IMG/VR virus record: IMGVR_UViG_3300044712_000496
Span: 330-64,329 of that record
Reading direction: 5' to 3' (one strand)
Origin: a virus
Taxonomy: Duplodnaviria; Caudoviricetes
DNA: 64,000 nucleotides
In this document: one piece after another, positions 9,688-19,552 of the stretch
Numbering within the stretch: position 1 is the stretch's first letter
Layout: each line of letters opens with the position of its first letter
Notes under the pieces: model-generated
Seen by the model: only the letters and a program-made list of their open reading frames with translations
Databases searched by the model: none
Told to the model about the DNA's origin: nothing
Program-made: the position numbers and the translations under genes

Positions 9688-10122
9688 ATGGCAATGATCT
9701 TTGAAGACCTCGGCAGCGCAAAAGTCCTCGGGGCATATTTCAACAACACCTGGCCCGCTTCAAATAAGAACCTCACTTTGAAGCTCTACACTTCCAACAC
9801 CACCCCGAGCGCGAGCGGGGGGGACACGGCAGCTACTTTCACAGAGGCTTCCGGCGGCGGGTATGCGGCCATAACTCTCAGCAACGGGTCGTGGACGGTC
9901 TCGGCTTCCGGTGGCATCGAACAGGCGGCATACGCCCAACAGACCTTCACCTTCACCGGGGCGCTCTCGGGTTCGGCTTCGATCTATGGGTATTACGTCG
10001 TTGATGCCGACAACGACCTGATCTTTGCGGAACGCGCAGCGGCGTCCTTCACTCCTGCGAACAACGGCGACACCTATAAAGTGACTCCGGTTGTCCAGAT
10101 GTCGCAGGGTACACCGGCTTAA
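9688..10122 (+). CDS. Virion structural (tail-associated) protein
   Basis: LKLYTSNTTP...EASGGGYA...YGYYV pattern common in small phage tail proteins; AGGAG RBS. Confidence 0.6.
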   Translation: MAMIFEDLGSAKVLGAYFNNTWPASNKNLTLKLYTSNTTPSASGGDTAATFTEASGGGYAAITLSNGSWTVSASGGIEQAAYAQQTFTFTGALSGSASIYGYYVVDADNDLIFAERAAASFTPANNGDTYKVTPVVQMSQGTPA

Positions 10123-10135
10123 TCTGGAGGGCATG

Positions 10136-11137
10136 ATGGCGCGTGAGTTCATAGACGGTTTCGAGACGGGCGATTTTGGGCTCTGGGACACTTCGGCCCT
10201 GGACGCAAACTCCACGGTTGTTGCAAACAGCCTTAATTTCCCCGGCGGGTCTTACTGTTTCCACACATACACCGGCTGGCTGAGTCGCACAGTCACCAGC
10301 CGGTCGGCCTACTACGTCGCCATGCGCCTCATGCTCAAGAGCAATGACATAAACCAGTCCTTTATCCAGTTCAGGAACGGCACCACGGTTCTCGGGTGCG
10401 CTCGCATCGACAACGACAATAATTACCACCATGTAAAGATCTACCGGGGGGACGAGGCCAACCTTATCGCCACGGGTGCGACCGCAACCCCCTTCGGCAC
10501 AAGCCCCTATACTCCATTTCACATCGAGTTCTATTACGCTCCGAGCACCACCAGCGGCTCGTTTATCGTGAAAATCAACGGAACCACCGATGCCAACCTC
10601 AACATAACCGGGGCGCAGACCTCCAACAATGATTTGAACATCGACAACATCAGGATAGGGAGTTGGGGGAGTGACTGCACATATATCGACGATGTGGTTA
10701 TAGAGACTGCCGGCTGGATTGGGCGAACTCAGATCGAGGGGCTTGTTCCGAATGGCGCAGGGGCGACTACTCAGTGGACTCCGAGTGCCGGGTCGAACTA
10801 TCAGTGTGTGGACGAGACTCCCAAGAGCGATTCCGACTCCGTTAGCACCAACACCAACGATAACATAGACACCTATGCGATGTCTGATCTTGTGGGAACC
10901 GGGACTGTTAAGGCTGTGGCCCTGTGCGTGAGGGCTAAATACGACGGTACTCCGAATGGCACCAACATAGCGGGGGTTGTCCGTACAGGTGGAAGCAACT
11001 ACGCCGGCAGCGACAAGGCGTTGGCAACATCATACTCAAGTAACCAGTGGCTTTGGGAGACAAACCCAAGTACGTCTAGCACCTGGGCTGCTTCCGCCGT
11101 CAACGGGCTGGAAGCGGGAATTAAAATGAGGGCGTAG
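10136..11137 (+). CDS. Virion structural protein with concanavalin-like core
   Basis: FIDGFETG...HIEF...IDDVVI...LVPNG; start chosen after GGAGG. Confidence 0.6.
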   Translation: MAREFIDGFETGDFGLWDTSALDANSTVVANSLNFPGGSYCFHTYTGWLSRTVTSRSAYYVAMRLMLKSNDINQSFIQFRNGTTVLGCARIDNDNNYHHVKIYRGDEANLIATGATATPFGTSPYTPFHIEFYYAPSTTSGSFIVKINGTTDANLNITGAQTSNNDLNIDNIRIGSWGSDCTYIDDVVIETAGWIGRTQIEGLVPNGAGATTQWTPSAGSNYQCVDETPKSDSDSVSTNTNDNIDTYAMSDLVGTGTVKAVALCVRAKYDGTPNGTNIAGVVRTGGSNYAGSDKALATSYSSNQWLWETNPSTSSTWAASAVNGLEAGIKMRA

Positions 11138-11139
11138 GC

Positions 11140-12024
11140 ATGGCGGACCAGCAGGTTGTATCACAAGTCATAGCGCAGGTTGAGAGCCAGAGCGCACCGA
11201 TTGACTATCAAACGGTCAGCCAGGTAGTTCTTCAGGTCGAGACCAACCCCAATGAGATTTCGTATTCCGTTACTTCAGCGGGTGGGTGTGTCACGGGTGG
11301 ATCCTCCAGTGTGTTGCGGGGCAAGGTTTTTCCCTCGACCAACGGCTCCATAGTAGGAGGAGCATCGGTTGTTTCCTACCAGCATACTTATTCCGTGGTT
11401 TCTTCCGATGGACTGGTCGTGGGCGGAGCCTCAGCCATAAGCATGGGGGCGGGCTACAACATGGTGTCGTCCGGCGGTCTGGTCACGGCGGGGGTGACTT
11501 CCCTGGTGCGTGGTCAGGTGGTTCCGTCTTTCGGGGGCGCAGTGACGGGCGGTTCCAGTCCCCAGGTTCAAGGCCGCGTGGAAGTTTCTTCGTCCGGGGG
11601 GGTAGTTGGCGGCGGGGCTGCAATAACTGGGTTCCACAATTATTCGGTTTCTTCGCTCGGGGGTCTTGTCGCTGGCGGGGCATCAGAGTTCGATTTTGGT
11701 CTCAGCTACCCTATTCGGTCGAGCGGCGGGGCGGTGTTCGGCGGTAGTTCTGCCGTCGGCTATGACGGCTCGATAGTTTCCGCAGGGGGTTCCGTAGCGG
11801 GGGGTTCGTCGGGGATCCTGCTTCTCCCGATCCGCGTGATTCGCAAATTGCGAATGCACCCCCAGTTGAATGTTCCTAAAATTCAGGGCCGGGTCAAACA
11901 GGCCAGCGTTCACGGTGAGGTACAGGCGGCGAGCGCGGCTATCAGGTTCGGCGCATTGCGCCAGGTCGGGGTTATCGGCGGACTGTCGATAGAGTTCCAT
12001 CTCCGGTCGCGGAGGGAGATATGA
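11140..12024 (+). CDS. Gly/Ser/Val-repeat fibre-like protein
   Basis: About nine SxGGxVxGG-type repeats. Confidence 0.65.
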   Translation: MADQQVVSQVIAQVESQSAPIDYQTVSQVVLQVETNPNEISYSVTSAGGCVTGGSSSVLRGKVFPSTNGSIVGGASVVSYQHTYSVVSSDGLVVGGASAISMGAGYNMVSSGGLVTAGVTSLVRGQVVPSFGGAVTGGSSPQVQGRVEVSSSGGVVGGGAAITGFHNYSVSSLGGLVAGGASEFDFGLSYPIRSSGGAVFGGSSAVGYDGSIVSAGGSVAGGSSGILLLPIRVIRKLRMHPQLNVPKIQGRVKQASVHGEVQAASAAIRFGALRQVGVIGGLSIEFHLRSRREI

Positions 12025-12416
12025 AAACAGTTTCAGAGTACACGGACGCTACGCTGACCCTTACCTTCAGCGACGAGAACGGGCTGGCCGTTACCCCCAA
12101 CAGCGGGAGGTACGCGGTCTTCGACGGCGGGACCGAGGAGATGCTCGTTCCCTGGACGGCATTCACACCAGCAGCGGCCACGTTCGACATAAGTATTGGC
12201 GGGTACTACAACCGCATCTTAGATGTCGATAATGAGTCGGAGATCCGGGTGGTGTCGGTAGAGCTGGTTTATGGCAGCAAGCGGGCAATGGGGGAGTACG
12301 AGTATGCCGTTGCTAACCTGAAGCACATCCCGCCTTCGTACTTGATTACTTCGTCCAAAGGGGCGGTGTTCGGCGGAACGGCTTCGATTGTTGGAAACGA
12401 GGTGGTGATCCAATGA
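12021..12416 (+). CDS. Putative tail adaptor (BppU-like) protein
   Basis: TLTLTFSDENGLAVTP N-terminus; coupled to the previous gene. Confidence 0.5.
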   Translation: MKTVSEYTDATLTLTFSDENGLAVTPNSGRYAVFDGGTEEMLVPWTAFTPAAATFDISIGGYYNRILDVDNESEIRVVSVELVYGSKRAMGEYEYAVANLKHIPPSYLITSSKGAVFGGTASIVGNEVVIQ

Positions 12417-12598
12417 GCAAGCAATTCACGGTGGTCGTAGAGAATGCGTTGATCTTCGATTGCTGCGCGAACCGGCGATACTGGTTCATCAAGCAAGGGT
12501 ACAACGCGGAGACGCTGGCGATTCAGGACCGCCCTTGGGATAGGTTCCTACACTGCGGGTTGGGTTGTCCGAAGGAGGAGAAAGATGCCGGGGCTTGA
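12413..12598 (+). CDS. Hypothetical protein
   Basis: ATGA-coupled 61-aa ORF. Confidence 0.45.
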   Translation: MSKQFTVVVENALIFDCCANRRYWFIKQGYNAETLAIQDRPWDRFLHCGLGCPKEEKDAGA

Positions 12599-13145
12599 GG
12601 ACAAATTTTATGAAGTGATACTGCTGAACGAATGCTCCGGCAACATCGTCGTAGCGACCCGGTTCTCCTATGCCGGGGGCGCAAGCGGTTGGAGTTTCGG
12701 GGTCTCCCAGATGGACGTGTCACACTCGGAAAATGCGCTCAAGTGTCTGGAGGAGTGCGGGTTCAGCGGCGGCGAGATAGCACATCTCATAAAGATGGAG
12801 GGAGACCGGAAGGAGTGGTCGAAACGGTTGCCGGCCCATGCGGACACCATCAGGAAGTGGGATCTCATTCAGTTGTCCGAGTGCCTCGGAAAGACCTGGA
12901 GATTCATAGGGGCGTATAATCTCACCCCTGCGGACGACGCGGCGATTCTTATGTGCGCAGATACCATCAACCAGTTCGGGTCTTTAGGGCGCCAGTCAGG
13001 GGCGTGTCTGGGGAACTTGGGGCGTCCTTTCACGGCCCAAGACCTGTTTGAATACAAATTGGCATGGAAGTATGGGGAAGAGCATCCGAAGGACGTACAA
13101 CGCAGGTATGACAATATCCTGCGGGTGGTGAAAGGAGAAGCGTGA
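12585..13145 (+). CDS. Putative endolysin (lysozyme-like fold)
   Basis: ILLNE...SGWSFGVSQMD...NQFG...DVQRRY; followed by membrane proteins. Confidence 0.6.
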   Translation: MPGLEDKFYEVILLNECSGNIVVATRFSYAGGASGWSFGVSQMDVSHSENALKCLEECGFSGGEIAHLIKMEGDRKEWSKRLPAHADTIRKWDLIQLSECLGKTWRFIGAYNLTPADDAAILMCADTINQFGSLGRQSGACLGNLGRPFTAQDLFEYKLAWKYGEEHPKDVQRRYDNILRVVKGEA

Positions 13146-13312
13146 TGTCGAATTTTGATCTGAACAAGATGATTCTATTGGTCCTCACACTGGCACTGAT
13201 TATGGGTTTTTTTGTAGCGATTCCCAAGGATAACGCAGGACTCGTAAACAACATCATATCTGCGTTGATCGGGGCGTTCACAGGCTACGCAGCGGCCAAG
13301 GCGGGGATGTAG
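13145..13312 (+). CDS. Putative holin (55 aa, 2 TM)
   Basis: Manual translation MSNFDLNKMILLVLTLALIMGFFVAIPKDNAGLVNNIISALIGAFTGYAAAKAGM. Confidence 0.6.
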   Translation: MSNFDLNKMILLVLTLALIMGFFVAIPKDNAGLVNNIISALIGAFTGYAAAKAGM

Positions 13313-13325
13313 AAGGGGGGTCACT

Positions 13326-13601
13326 ATGGAACAGCAAGTTATCAGCGGGTGTTTGCTGGCGGCATTTCTCGGGTTCTTCGTATGGCTTCTCCAGAAGCGG
13401 CTCACCGATCCTATCGTGCAGTTCAAAGACGCAGTAGAGCGGCTCGAAAAGGCAGTTGATCGGCTGACCACGAAACAGGATGCGGAGAGCAAACAGCGAA
13501 GCGATCTTGAGGCGAAATTTTCGGCTCTTCAGGCTGCGCACGATACGAGGGTGGGTATGCGGATTTCATGCGCAGCTTGTGGACGCGAGGAGGATCAATA
13601 G
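13326..13601 (+). CDS. Single-TM coiled-coil lysis-associated protein (holin/antiholin-like)
   Basis: N-terminal TM followed by a heptad coiled coil. Confidence 0.55.
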   Translation: MEQQVISGCLLAAFLGFFVWLLQKRLTDPIVQFKDAVERLEKAVDRLTTKQDAESKQRSDLEAKFSALQAAHDTRVGMRISCAACGREEDQ

Positions 13602-13604
13602 ATC

Positions 13605-14603
13605 ATGACTCCACAGCAGGAGCGGATGGAACGGGTTTATGCGGAGCAACCGAACATAGGGCGCCAACGCCTTCGCATACTGGCGGATGTGAGTGAGACC
13701 ATGGCGAGGGTATTTCTGGCCAGGAAGCATGAGAGCCAGAACAAGAAGACCGAGACCCCCACGCTCAAAGAGGTTCTCGCCTACGGAGGGCAGTTGTCCG
13801 AACAGGAGTTGCGGATCATCGAGCGGTCGGCCTCCGTACCGGCTCCCGTAGAGGCCCGGAGCTTCCAGTGGGCGCATGACAGTTTCAGGTTCGCGGTAGT
13901 CTCCGACACCCACAACGGGCATATCAAGTCCAAGGCGCATTATTGGCAGAAGGCGATGGACCTGTGCGGGAAGGAGAAGGTCAATTTCATCTTCCATACA
14001 GGAGACATCTCCGACGGCATGAGCGGGCGTCCCGGTCATATCTACGAGCTAGAGGCGATTGGGGCTTCCGCCCAGTGCGACCTTTCCGCCGAGCGGTTCA
14101 GCATAGCCCCGGTCCCCATTCACGGCATTACCGGCAACCACGACGCCTGGGCTTTCAAGGCAGTGGGCTTCGACTTTGGCAAGGAACTCCAGAACCGCAT
14201 ACCCGACAAGTTTGTGCATCTCGGGGCGATGGAGCATACGGTCACGGTCGGCGGGGTCAAGATCATGCTGTGGCACGGCGAGGACGGTGCTTCCTATGCC
14301 CTCTCCTACCGTGTGCAGAAGTTCGCCGAGGGGCTCTCCGGCGGTGAGAAGCCGCACATCATTCTCAGTGGCCACGCTCACAAGGCAATCTACTTCATGT
14401 ACCGGAATATCGCCTGTTTCGAGGCCGCGACCCTCTGCGGACAGACCCAGTGGATGCGGGGGAAGAAGCTCGCCGCCCATGTGGGGTTCTGGATCGTCGA
14501 GGTATGGCCCGCCCCGGACGGCGGGATTCAGCGGATCAGACCGGAGTATATCCCGTTCTTCACCGAAGGGGATGACAGTCAAGCAACGGAGTTGTTCGTA
14601 TGA
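13605..14603 (+). CDS. Calcineurin-like metallophosphoesterase with N-terminal HTH
   Basis: SDTH, HTGDISDG, GNHD, WHG and GHAH motifs; IGRQRLRILADVSETMAR is HTH-like. Confidence 0.85.
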   Translation: MTPQQERMERVYAEQPNIGRQRLRILADVSETMARVFLARKHESQNKKTETPTLKEVLAYGGQLSEQELRIIERSASVPAPVEARSFQWAHDSFRFAVVSDTHNGHIKSKAHYWQKAMDLCGKEKVNFIFHTGDISDGMSGRPGHIYELEAIGASAQCDLSAERFSIAPVPIHGITGNHDAWAFKAVGFDFGKELQNRIPDKFVHLGAMEHTVTVGGVKIMLWHGEDGASYALSYRVQKFAEGLSGGEKPHIILSGHAHKAIYFMYRNIACFEAATLCGQTQWMRGKKLAAHVGFWIVEVWPAPDGGIQRIRPEYIPFFTEGDDSQATELFV

Positions 14604-14713
14604 GCGGTTTCTGGTGCCGGAAGCGCAAGGAGCAGATGGACGAGAGTTGCGACGACTGCGAGGATTGTCCGGGGATAAGCAAATGGGAGCTAGAGACCAA
14701 TGGCGAACAATAA
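14600..14713 (+). CDS. Small Cys-rich protein (37 aa)
   Basis: MSGFWCRKRKEQMDESCDDCEDCPG...; ATGA coupling. Confidence 0.45.
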   Translation: MSGFWCRKRKEQMDESCDDCEDCPGISKWELETNGEQ

Positions 14714-16202
14714 GCTGATATATAAATCCCCCGGTCCTGTTACAAGTGCGTTTTTGAGGTCTCAATGTGATTCGAGGGGGATCATGGGGCCATATGGGTC
14801 TGGGAAGTCAACGACTTGTATTATGGAGCTTCTACGCCAGTCTATAGAAATGCCTGTGTGGTCAAACGGCTATCGTTGTAGCCGTATGCTTGTTGTGCGC
14901 AATACGAAAGACCAACTTAAGGATATAACTTTGAAGTCTGTTTATGATTCTATTCCCTTCGAGATGGGTCTATATCGTTGGAAAGAGTCTGAGCGCACAC
15001 TGATTTTTGTGTTTAACGATGTGCGCTCTGAGTGGTTGTTTCGGTCGCTGGACACCCAGGAAGACATTCAGAGGGTACTTGGGATGCAGGTATCATGGAT
15101 ATGGGTGGACGAATGCCGAGAAGTCCCTGTTTCCCTTCTTGGTGACTTGGAGGCCAGGTCTGGTCGTTTCCCGTCGCAGCGCCCTTCGGAGGAGTACCCT
15201 GAAGGATTCCACTACAGGTCAGGAACTATTTACGCCACAAACCCCCCTGAAATAGACTCCGATTGGTACAAAATATTTGAGCGTCTACCACAGGATGAAG
15301 ATGACACAGAAGGTAATTCTGTTTTTGAAATGGATGTGTTCAAGCAGCCTTCAGGTCTGAGTCCTGAAGCGGAGAACAAGGAGAATCTGCGTCCTGGTTA
15401 CTACGAAAAACTGGCGAGAGGCAAGAAAAAAGACTGGGTGGATCAGTACGTTCATGGCCGCTATGCCAAGTCCCTTGCCGGTAAGCCGGTATATGAACTC
15501 TCCTTCCAGTACGACCGCAGGGTTAAGAGCGACCTCCGCATAGACCCTTCGCTCCCGGTCATCATAGGTGTGGACTGCGCCCGTCAGCCGGCGATGGTCT
15601 TCATGCAGTTGCAACGGGACGGGAAGCTGCGGAAGCTGCGCGAGGCGGTGGGCTTCGACATGGGGGCCAAGACCTTCATCGCCACGAAGGTCAAGCCGAT
15701 CCTCCGCAACGACTTCCCTCTCTGCCCGTGGGTGTTCGTGGGGGATCCTTCGTGGGTGACTCAGAATAACACGGACGACAACTCCTGGTTCAAGGAGCTG
15801 AAGAAGCAGTTCGTAACAGAGATGCCCGGTTCCGGGAACGCCGTGAAGTCGGCGATAACCAACGACCTCGACGCCCGGATCAACGCCCTCGATGACCCGT
15901 TCCGCAATATGTGGCCCGACGGCGAGCCGGGGATTGAGTATGACTCCAGTTGCAAGATGCTGATTGAGGGGCTTCGGAGCAAGTACCGCTACGTCCGCCT
16001 GAAGACCTTGGATGGCCGCTATCAGGACAAGCCCGAAAAGAACCGCTGGAGCCATTGTTGTGAGGCTGACCAGTATGGGACGATGTTCATTCTCGGCAAG
16101 CACTACCGGGCCGAGGACTACAGCAGGTCGAAGACGGATTTTTTCCTGAACTCGTTGCGCGGATCCACGCGCCCTGTCGGTGATCGTTACACCGGATATT
16201 AA
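14700..16202 (+). CDS. terL: Terminase large subunit
   Basis: Walker A GPYGSGKST, Walker B WIWVDE, ATNPP, nuclease IGVD...HCCEADQY; directly upstream of the portal. Confidence 0.92.
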   Translation: MANNKLIYKSPGPVTSAFLRSQCDSRGIMGPYGSGKSTTCIMELLRQSIEMPVWSNGYRCSRMLVVRNTKDQLKDITLKSVYDSIPFEMGLYRWKESERTLIFVFNDVRSEWLFRSLDTQEDIQRVLGMQVSWIWVDECREVPVSLLGDLEARSGRFPSQRPSEEYPEGFHYRSGTIYATNPPEIDSDWYKIFERLPQDEDDTEGNSVFEMDVFKQPSGLSPEAENKENLRPGYYEKLARGKKKDWVDQYVHGRYAKSLAGKPVYELSFQYDRRVKSDLRIDPSLPVIIGVDCARQPAMVFMQLQRDGKLRKLREAVGFDMGAKTFIATKVKPILRNDFPLCPWVFVGDPSWVTQNNTDDNSWFKELKKQFVTEMPGSGNAVKSAITNDLDARINALDDPFRNMWPDGEPGIEYDSSCKMLIEGLRSKYRYVRLKTLDGRYQDKPEKNRWSHCCEADQYGTMFILGKHYRAEDYSRSKTDFFLNSLRGSTRPVGDRYTGY

Positions 16203-16213
16203 GGAGATATGCC

Positions 16214-18358
16214 ATGCAAGTGAAAAATGCCGATGCCCTGGATGCTCTGGGAACCCGTCTCAAGGGCAAGTTCGATATTTACGACAGCGAGAGGCGCCAG
16301 CTTGAGCTGCAATGGTTGAGGAACTTGCGTCAGTACAAGGCCATTTATGACGCTGATGTGAAGATCCCCGAGGGGAAATCCAAGGTCTACCCCAAGGACA
16401 CCCACACCAAGATCGTCGGATGGGTGGCGAAGATGATGGAAATGATGTTCCCGGCCCAGGAGAAGAACTGGGATCTGATTCCTACTCCATTCCCCAATAT
16501 CGCCAAGAAAGATCTTGACAGCATCATCGCCGCTCTCCAGCAGGAGGAGGAGATTCAGGCGCAACAGCAGACTCTTATGGCCCAACAGCAGGATCCCAAT
16601 GCGCAGCCCGTGGAACCCCGTCCCTTGACCTCCGACCAGATAGAGCGGGCGGTTCGGGCCTTCGCTGAGAAACGTGCTGAGCAGATGATAAAGGAGTGCG
16701 AGACCCAGTTGGACCAGGGTGAGGTGGACTACCCGGAGCTGTGCAAGAAGGTCATTAGGCGTGGTGGCATTTACGGGTATGGGGTCGCCAAAGGCCCGAT
16801 AGTCAAGACCATAGTGGAGAGGGAGTGGATGCCCAACCCCGAGTCCGGGAAGTATGAAGCGGTGGAGCGGCCCCAGAAGGTTCCCTATTACATGCCGTTG
16901 AAGGCGTGGGACTTCTATCCTGACCTGTCGGCGATGAACTGGCGGGGGATGGAGGGGGTATTTGAGCGGATGGTTCTCCCCCGCAACAGCCTGTATGCCC
17001 TGGCGGTGGACGAGGACTTCTTCGGCGGGGTCATCCGGGAATACCTGAAGGAACACAAGGACGGCAACTACAAGGCCCGTTCCTACGAGGCCGACCTCAA
17101 CGAGATCAAGAAGGTAGACCAGAACGCCCCCCAGAGCAAACGGCAGTATGAGATCATCCGCTGGTATGGGTACGTCTCCGCATCGGATTTGGCGGAAGTC
17201 GGGGTCGATGTGCCGGGGTCGGCGATGGGGAAAGACATCCTGGCCGATATCTGGCTTCTGGACGAGAAGTGCATCAAGGCTGATCTTGCCCCGTTCGGAG
17301 AGCGCCCCGCCGATATGTACCATGCCTTCATTTTCGAGGACGACGAGGACAGTCCCCTGACCGGGACAAGCAAGGTTGAAGTCCTGCGTGATTCACAGAT
17401 GAAGCTCTGTTCCGTTGACCGGGCGACAATGGACAACATGGCAGGGTGCGCTGCTTCAATAGTGGAAGTGAACGACGACCTCTTGGCTCCGGGGGAGTCA
17501 CAAAAGACCATTACCGGCGGGGTTACTATCCATCGGCAGGGGGAGATGCAGGAGGCGAACTACCCGGCTATCAGGACATACAGCATTGATTCCCACCTGG
17601 GGGAACTCACAGAACTTCGGCGTCTCTACTCCGAGATCCTCGATACCGAGTCCAACCTCCCCGCGTGGCGGATGGGAGACGCAAAACCGCTCGGCGAGGC
17701 ATTCAGGACTTCAAACAACATGAGTATGATGGCCGGCGGCGGGGACATGGTGACGAAGGACGACGCCCGTGCGTTTGACCGCTTTGTATCGTCGCTTATC
17801 GGGTCGCTGGTCAAGTGGAACATGAAGTACAACGACAAGGAAGAGATCAAGGGGGACTACCGGGTGCAGCCGAAGGGGGCGATGTCCCTGGTCGCCAAGG
17901 AAGTACGGGGCATGGCCCTGGACCAACTGGTTCTGACCCTGACCCCACGGGAACGGGTGATGGTTGACGAGCGTGGGCTTCTGATGGACAGGTTCAAGTC
18001 CCGTGATCTTCCTGTGAACAGGATCAAAGACCCCGAAGAGGCCCAGGCCGCTCTCGACAGGTTCGATCAGGCCCAGGCAAGTGCCGCCAATGCGCAGCAG
18101 TCGTTGGTAGAGTCCCAGGCCCAGAGCTTCCAGGCGAGGGCGATGAAGGACCAGGCCCAGGCGGAAGAGATCGGGCGGATGATGGACACCAAGATTCAGG
18201 ATGCCCTCTCCAGCGTGGCGTTGAATCTGGCGAAGGCGAAAGGAGAGAAAGACAATGCCGCTTTATCACAAATCCAATTACTGCTGGACGCTCTCGCCCC
18301 ACAAGGAGCGGGAAAGGGAACTCAAAGTGCTTCTACAGGAGCGTCTTCCGGGGAGTAG
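16214..18358 (+). CDS. Portal protein
   Basis: 714 aa, follows TerL; WDFYPD motif and Q/A-rich C-terminal barrel typical of podovirus portals. Confidence 0.85.
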   Translation: MQVKNADALDALGTRLKGKFDIYDSERRQLELQWLRNLRQYKAIYDADVKIPEGKSKVYPKDTHTKIVGWVAKMMEMMFPAQEKNWDLIPTPFPNIAKKDLDSIIAALQQEEEIQAQQQTLMAQQQDPNAQPVEPRPLTSDQIERAVRAFAEKRAEQMIKECETQLDQGEVDYPELCKKVIRRGGIYGYGVAKGPIVKTIVEREWMPNPESGKYEAVERPQKVPYYMPLKAWDFYPDLSAMNWRGMEGVFERMVLPRNSLYALAVDEDFFGGVIREYLKEHKDGNYKARSYEADLNEIKKVDQNAPQSKRQYEIIRWYGYVSASDLAEVGVDVPGSAMGKDILADIWLLDEKCIKADLAPFGERPADMYHAFIFEDDEDSPLTGTSKVEVLRDSQMKLCSVDRATMDNMAGCAASIVEVNDDLLAPGESQKTITGGVTIHRQGEMQEANYPAIRTYSIDSHLGELTELRRLYSEILDTESNLPAWRMGDAKPLGEAFRTSNNMSMMAGGGDMVTKDDARAFDRFVSSLIGSLVKWNMKYNDKEEIKGDYRVQPKGAMSLVAKEVRGMALDQLVLTLTPRERVMVDERGLLMDRFKSRDLPVNRIKDPEEAQAALDRFDQAQASAANAQQSLVESQAQSFQARAMKDQAQAEEIGRMMDTKIQDALSSVALNLAKAKGEKDNAALSQIQLLLDALAPQGAGKGTQSASTGASSGE

Positions 18359-18530
18359 CATAGCGGATCCTCTATTTGAGCTTCTGGTCATCCGGCGCGA
18401 ACTGGCGAAGGAGCAACTGGCGAAGAACGAGGTTTCCGATCTGCGTGGCAACATCAAGGAACTATCTGATTTGATTAACCTTTTCAAGCCAGCTTCTCAG
18501 AAGGCGGCGGAAGTTTCGGCTTCTCCATAG
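18255..18530 (+). CDS. Small helical protein overlapping the portal 3' end
   Basis: AGGAG RBS upstream of ATG; LRGNIKELSDL motif typical of post-portal small proteins. Confidence 0.5.
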   Translation: MPLYHKSNYCWTLSPHKERERELKVLLQERLPGSSIADPLFELLVIRRELAKEQLAKNEVSDLRGNIKELSDLINLFKPASQKAAEVSASP

Positions 18531-18557
18531 ATAGTTATTTAGATTCAGGTTTTTATC

Positions 18558-18586
18558 TTGACAGAATACTAAAAATGTAGTAAATT
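18558..18586 (+). promoter_or_regulatory. Promoter for scaffold/capsid genes
   Basis: TTGACA-17 bp-TAAATT. Confidence 0.6.
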
Positions 18587-18613
18587 AAAACATGATACCA
18601 TAAGGAGGTTTTT

Positions 18614-19489
18614 GTGGACGAAGAACAGGAAAACTTGGACAAGGAATTTGAAGCGGCGTTCGACGAGGAGTTGAGCGCACCCTCGGACAAGGAAAAGGAC
18701 GATGATGCGGAGCTGAAGGCTGCTGAAGAGGCGAAGAAGGCCGAGGAACTCAAGGCCGCTGAAGAGGCGAAAAAAGCCGAGGAAGCTGCAAAGAAGGCCG
18801 AGCCGGAGGAGAAGGACTCCGCCGAGATCCTCGCCCTCAAAGCGCAGCTCGACGAGATAAAGGCCGGGATCAAACCGAAGGAAGAGGAGCCGGTGAAAGG
18901 CCCGACGCCCGCGGAGATCGAGGCACAGAAGGCGGAACAGGAGGCGTGGGACAAGTTCGAGAAGGATTGGCCGGACCAGGCGGGGATAGCCAATAAGCTC
19001 AAAGCCCAGGTCGCCGCGCTGGAAAAGAAACTTGAGGATGCTACCAAGGCACTCCAGGACAAGCTCGACCCGGTTGTGGAGTCTGTCTCGGAGGCCGACA
19101 ATCAGGCGTTCTTGAAGCCTATTCTTGAGAAACACCCCGACGCCCTTGATTTATACAATAAAGGCGATGTCGCCAAGTGGATAGAGAAGCAACCCCGGCG
19201 TCTCCAGGCAGGTTATGTCTGGGCGTTGAACAACGGCAAGTCGGAAGATGTGATCGAGGTCTTCGATGACTACAAGAAGGCCAACGGGGTAGGCACGACA
19301 GAAGCGGAAAAGAAAGCGGCGGAAGCGGCGGCAAAAGCTGAAGAGGAAAAGAAGGCCGCTGAGTTGAAGAAGATGGAGATGCCGGGGGTAGTACGAACAT
19401 CGGTGACATCTGAGGAAGATCCTGACGATTTTGATGCTGCGTTTGAATCGGAGGTCAAATCTGGGAAATATAAAAATTCAGGCTTCTAA
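18614..19489 (+). CDS. Capsid scaffolding protein
   Basis: E/K/A-rich coiled coil between portal and capsid; TAAGGAGG RBS. Confidence 0.8.
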   Translation: MDEEQENLDKEFEAAFDEELSAPSDKEKDDDAELKAAEEAKKAEELKAAEEAKKAEEAAKKAEPEEKDSAEILALKAQLDEIKAGIKPKEEEPVKGPTPAEIEAQKAEQEAWDKFEKDWPDQAGIANKLKAQVAALEKKLEDATKALQDKLDPVVESVSEADNQAFLKPILEKHPDALDLYNKGDVAKWIEKQPRRLQAGYVWALNNGKSEDVIEVFDDYKKANGVGTTEAEKKAAEAAAKAEEEKKAAELKKMEMPGVVRTSVTSEEDPDDFDAAFESEVKSGKYKNSGF

Positions 19490-19552
19490 AATCTAGGAGC
19501 GCCCTACATAGGGTTAAACTTTGCGGGATAACTACCCGCCAGGAGGTATGTT

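Noticed and set aside
15351-17323. Long antisense ORFs (15351-16103 and 16199-17323; likewise 55402-56355, 37394-38254 and 43462-44211)
   Set aside because: Shadow ORFs opposite well-supported genes with GC-rich third positions; no motifs or RBS.
18700-18800. Tandem DNA repeat in the scaffold gene
   Set aside because: Ordinary coding repeat (ELKAAEEAKKAE) of a coiled-coil scaffold.
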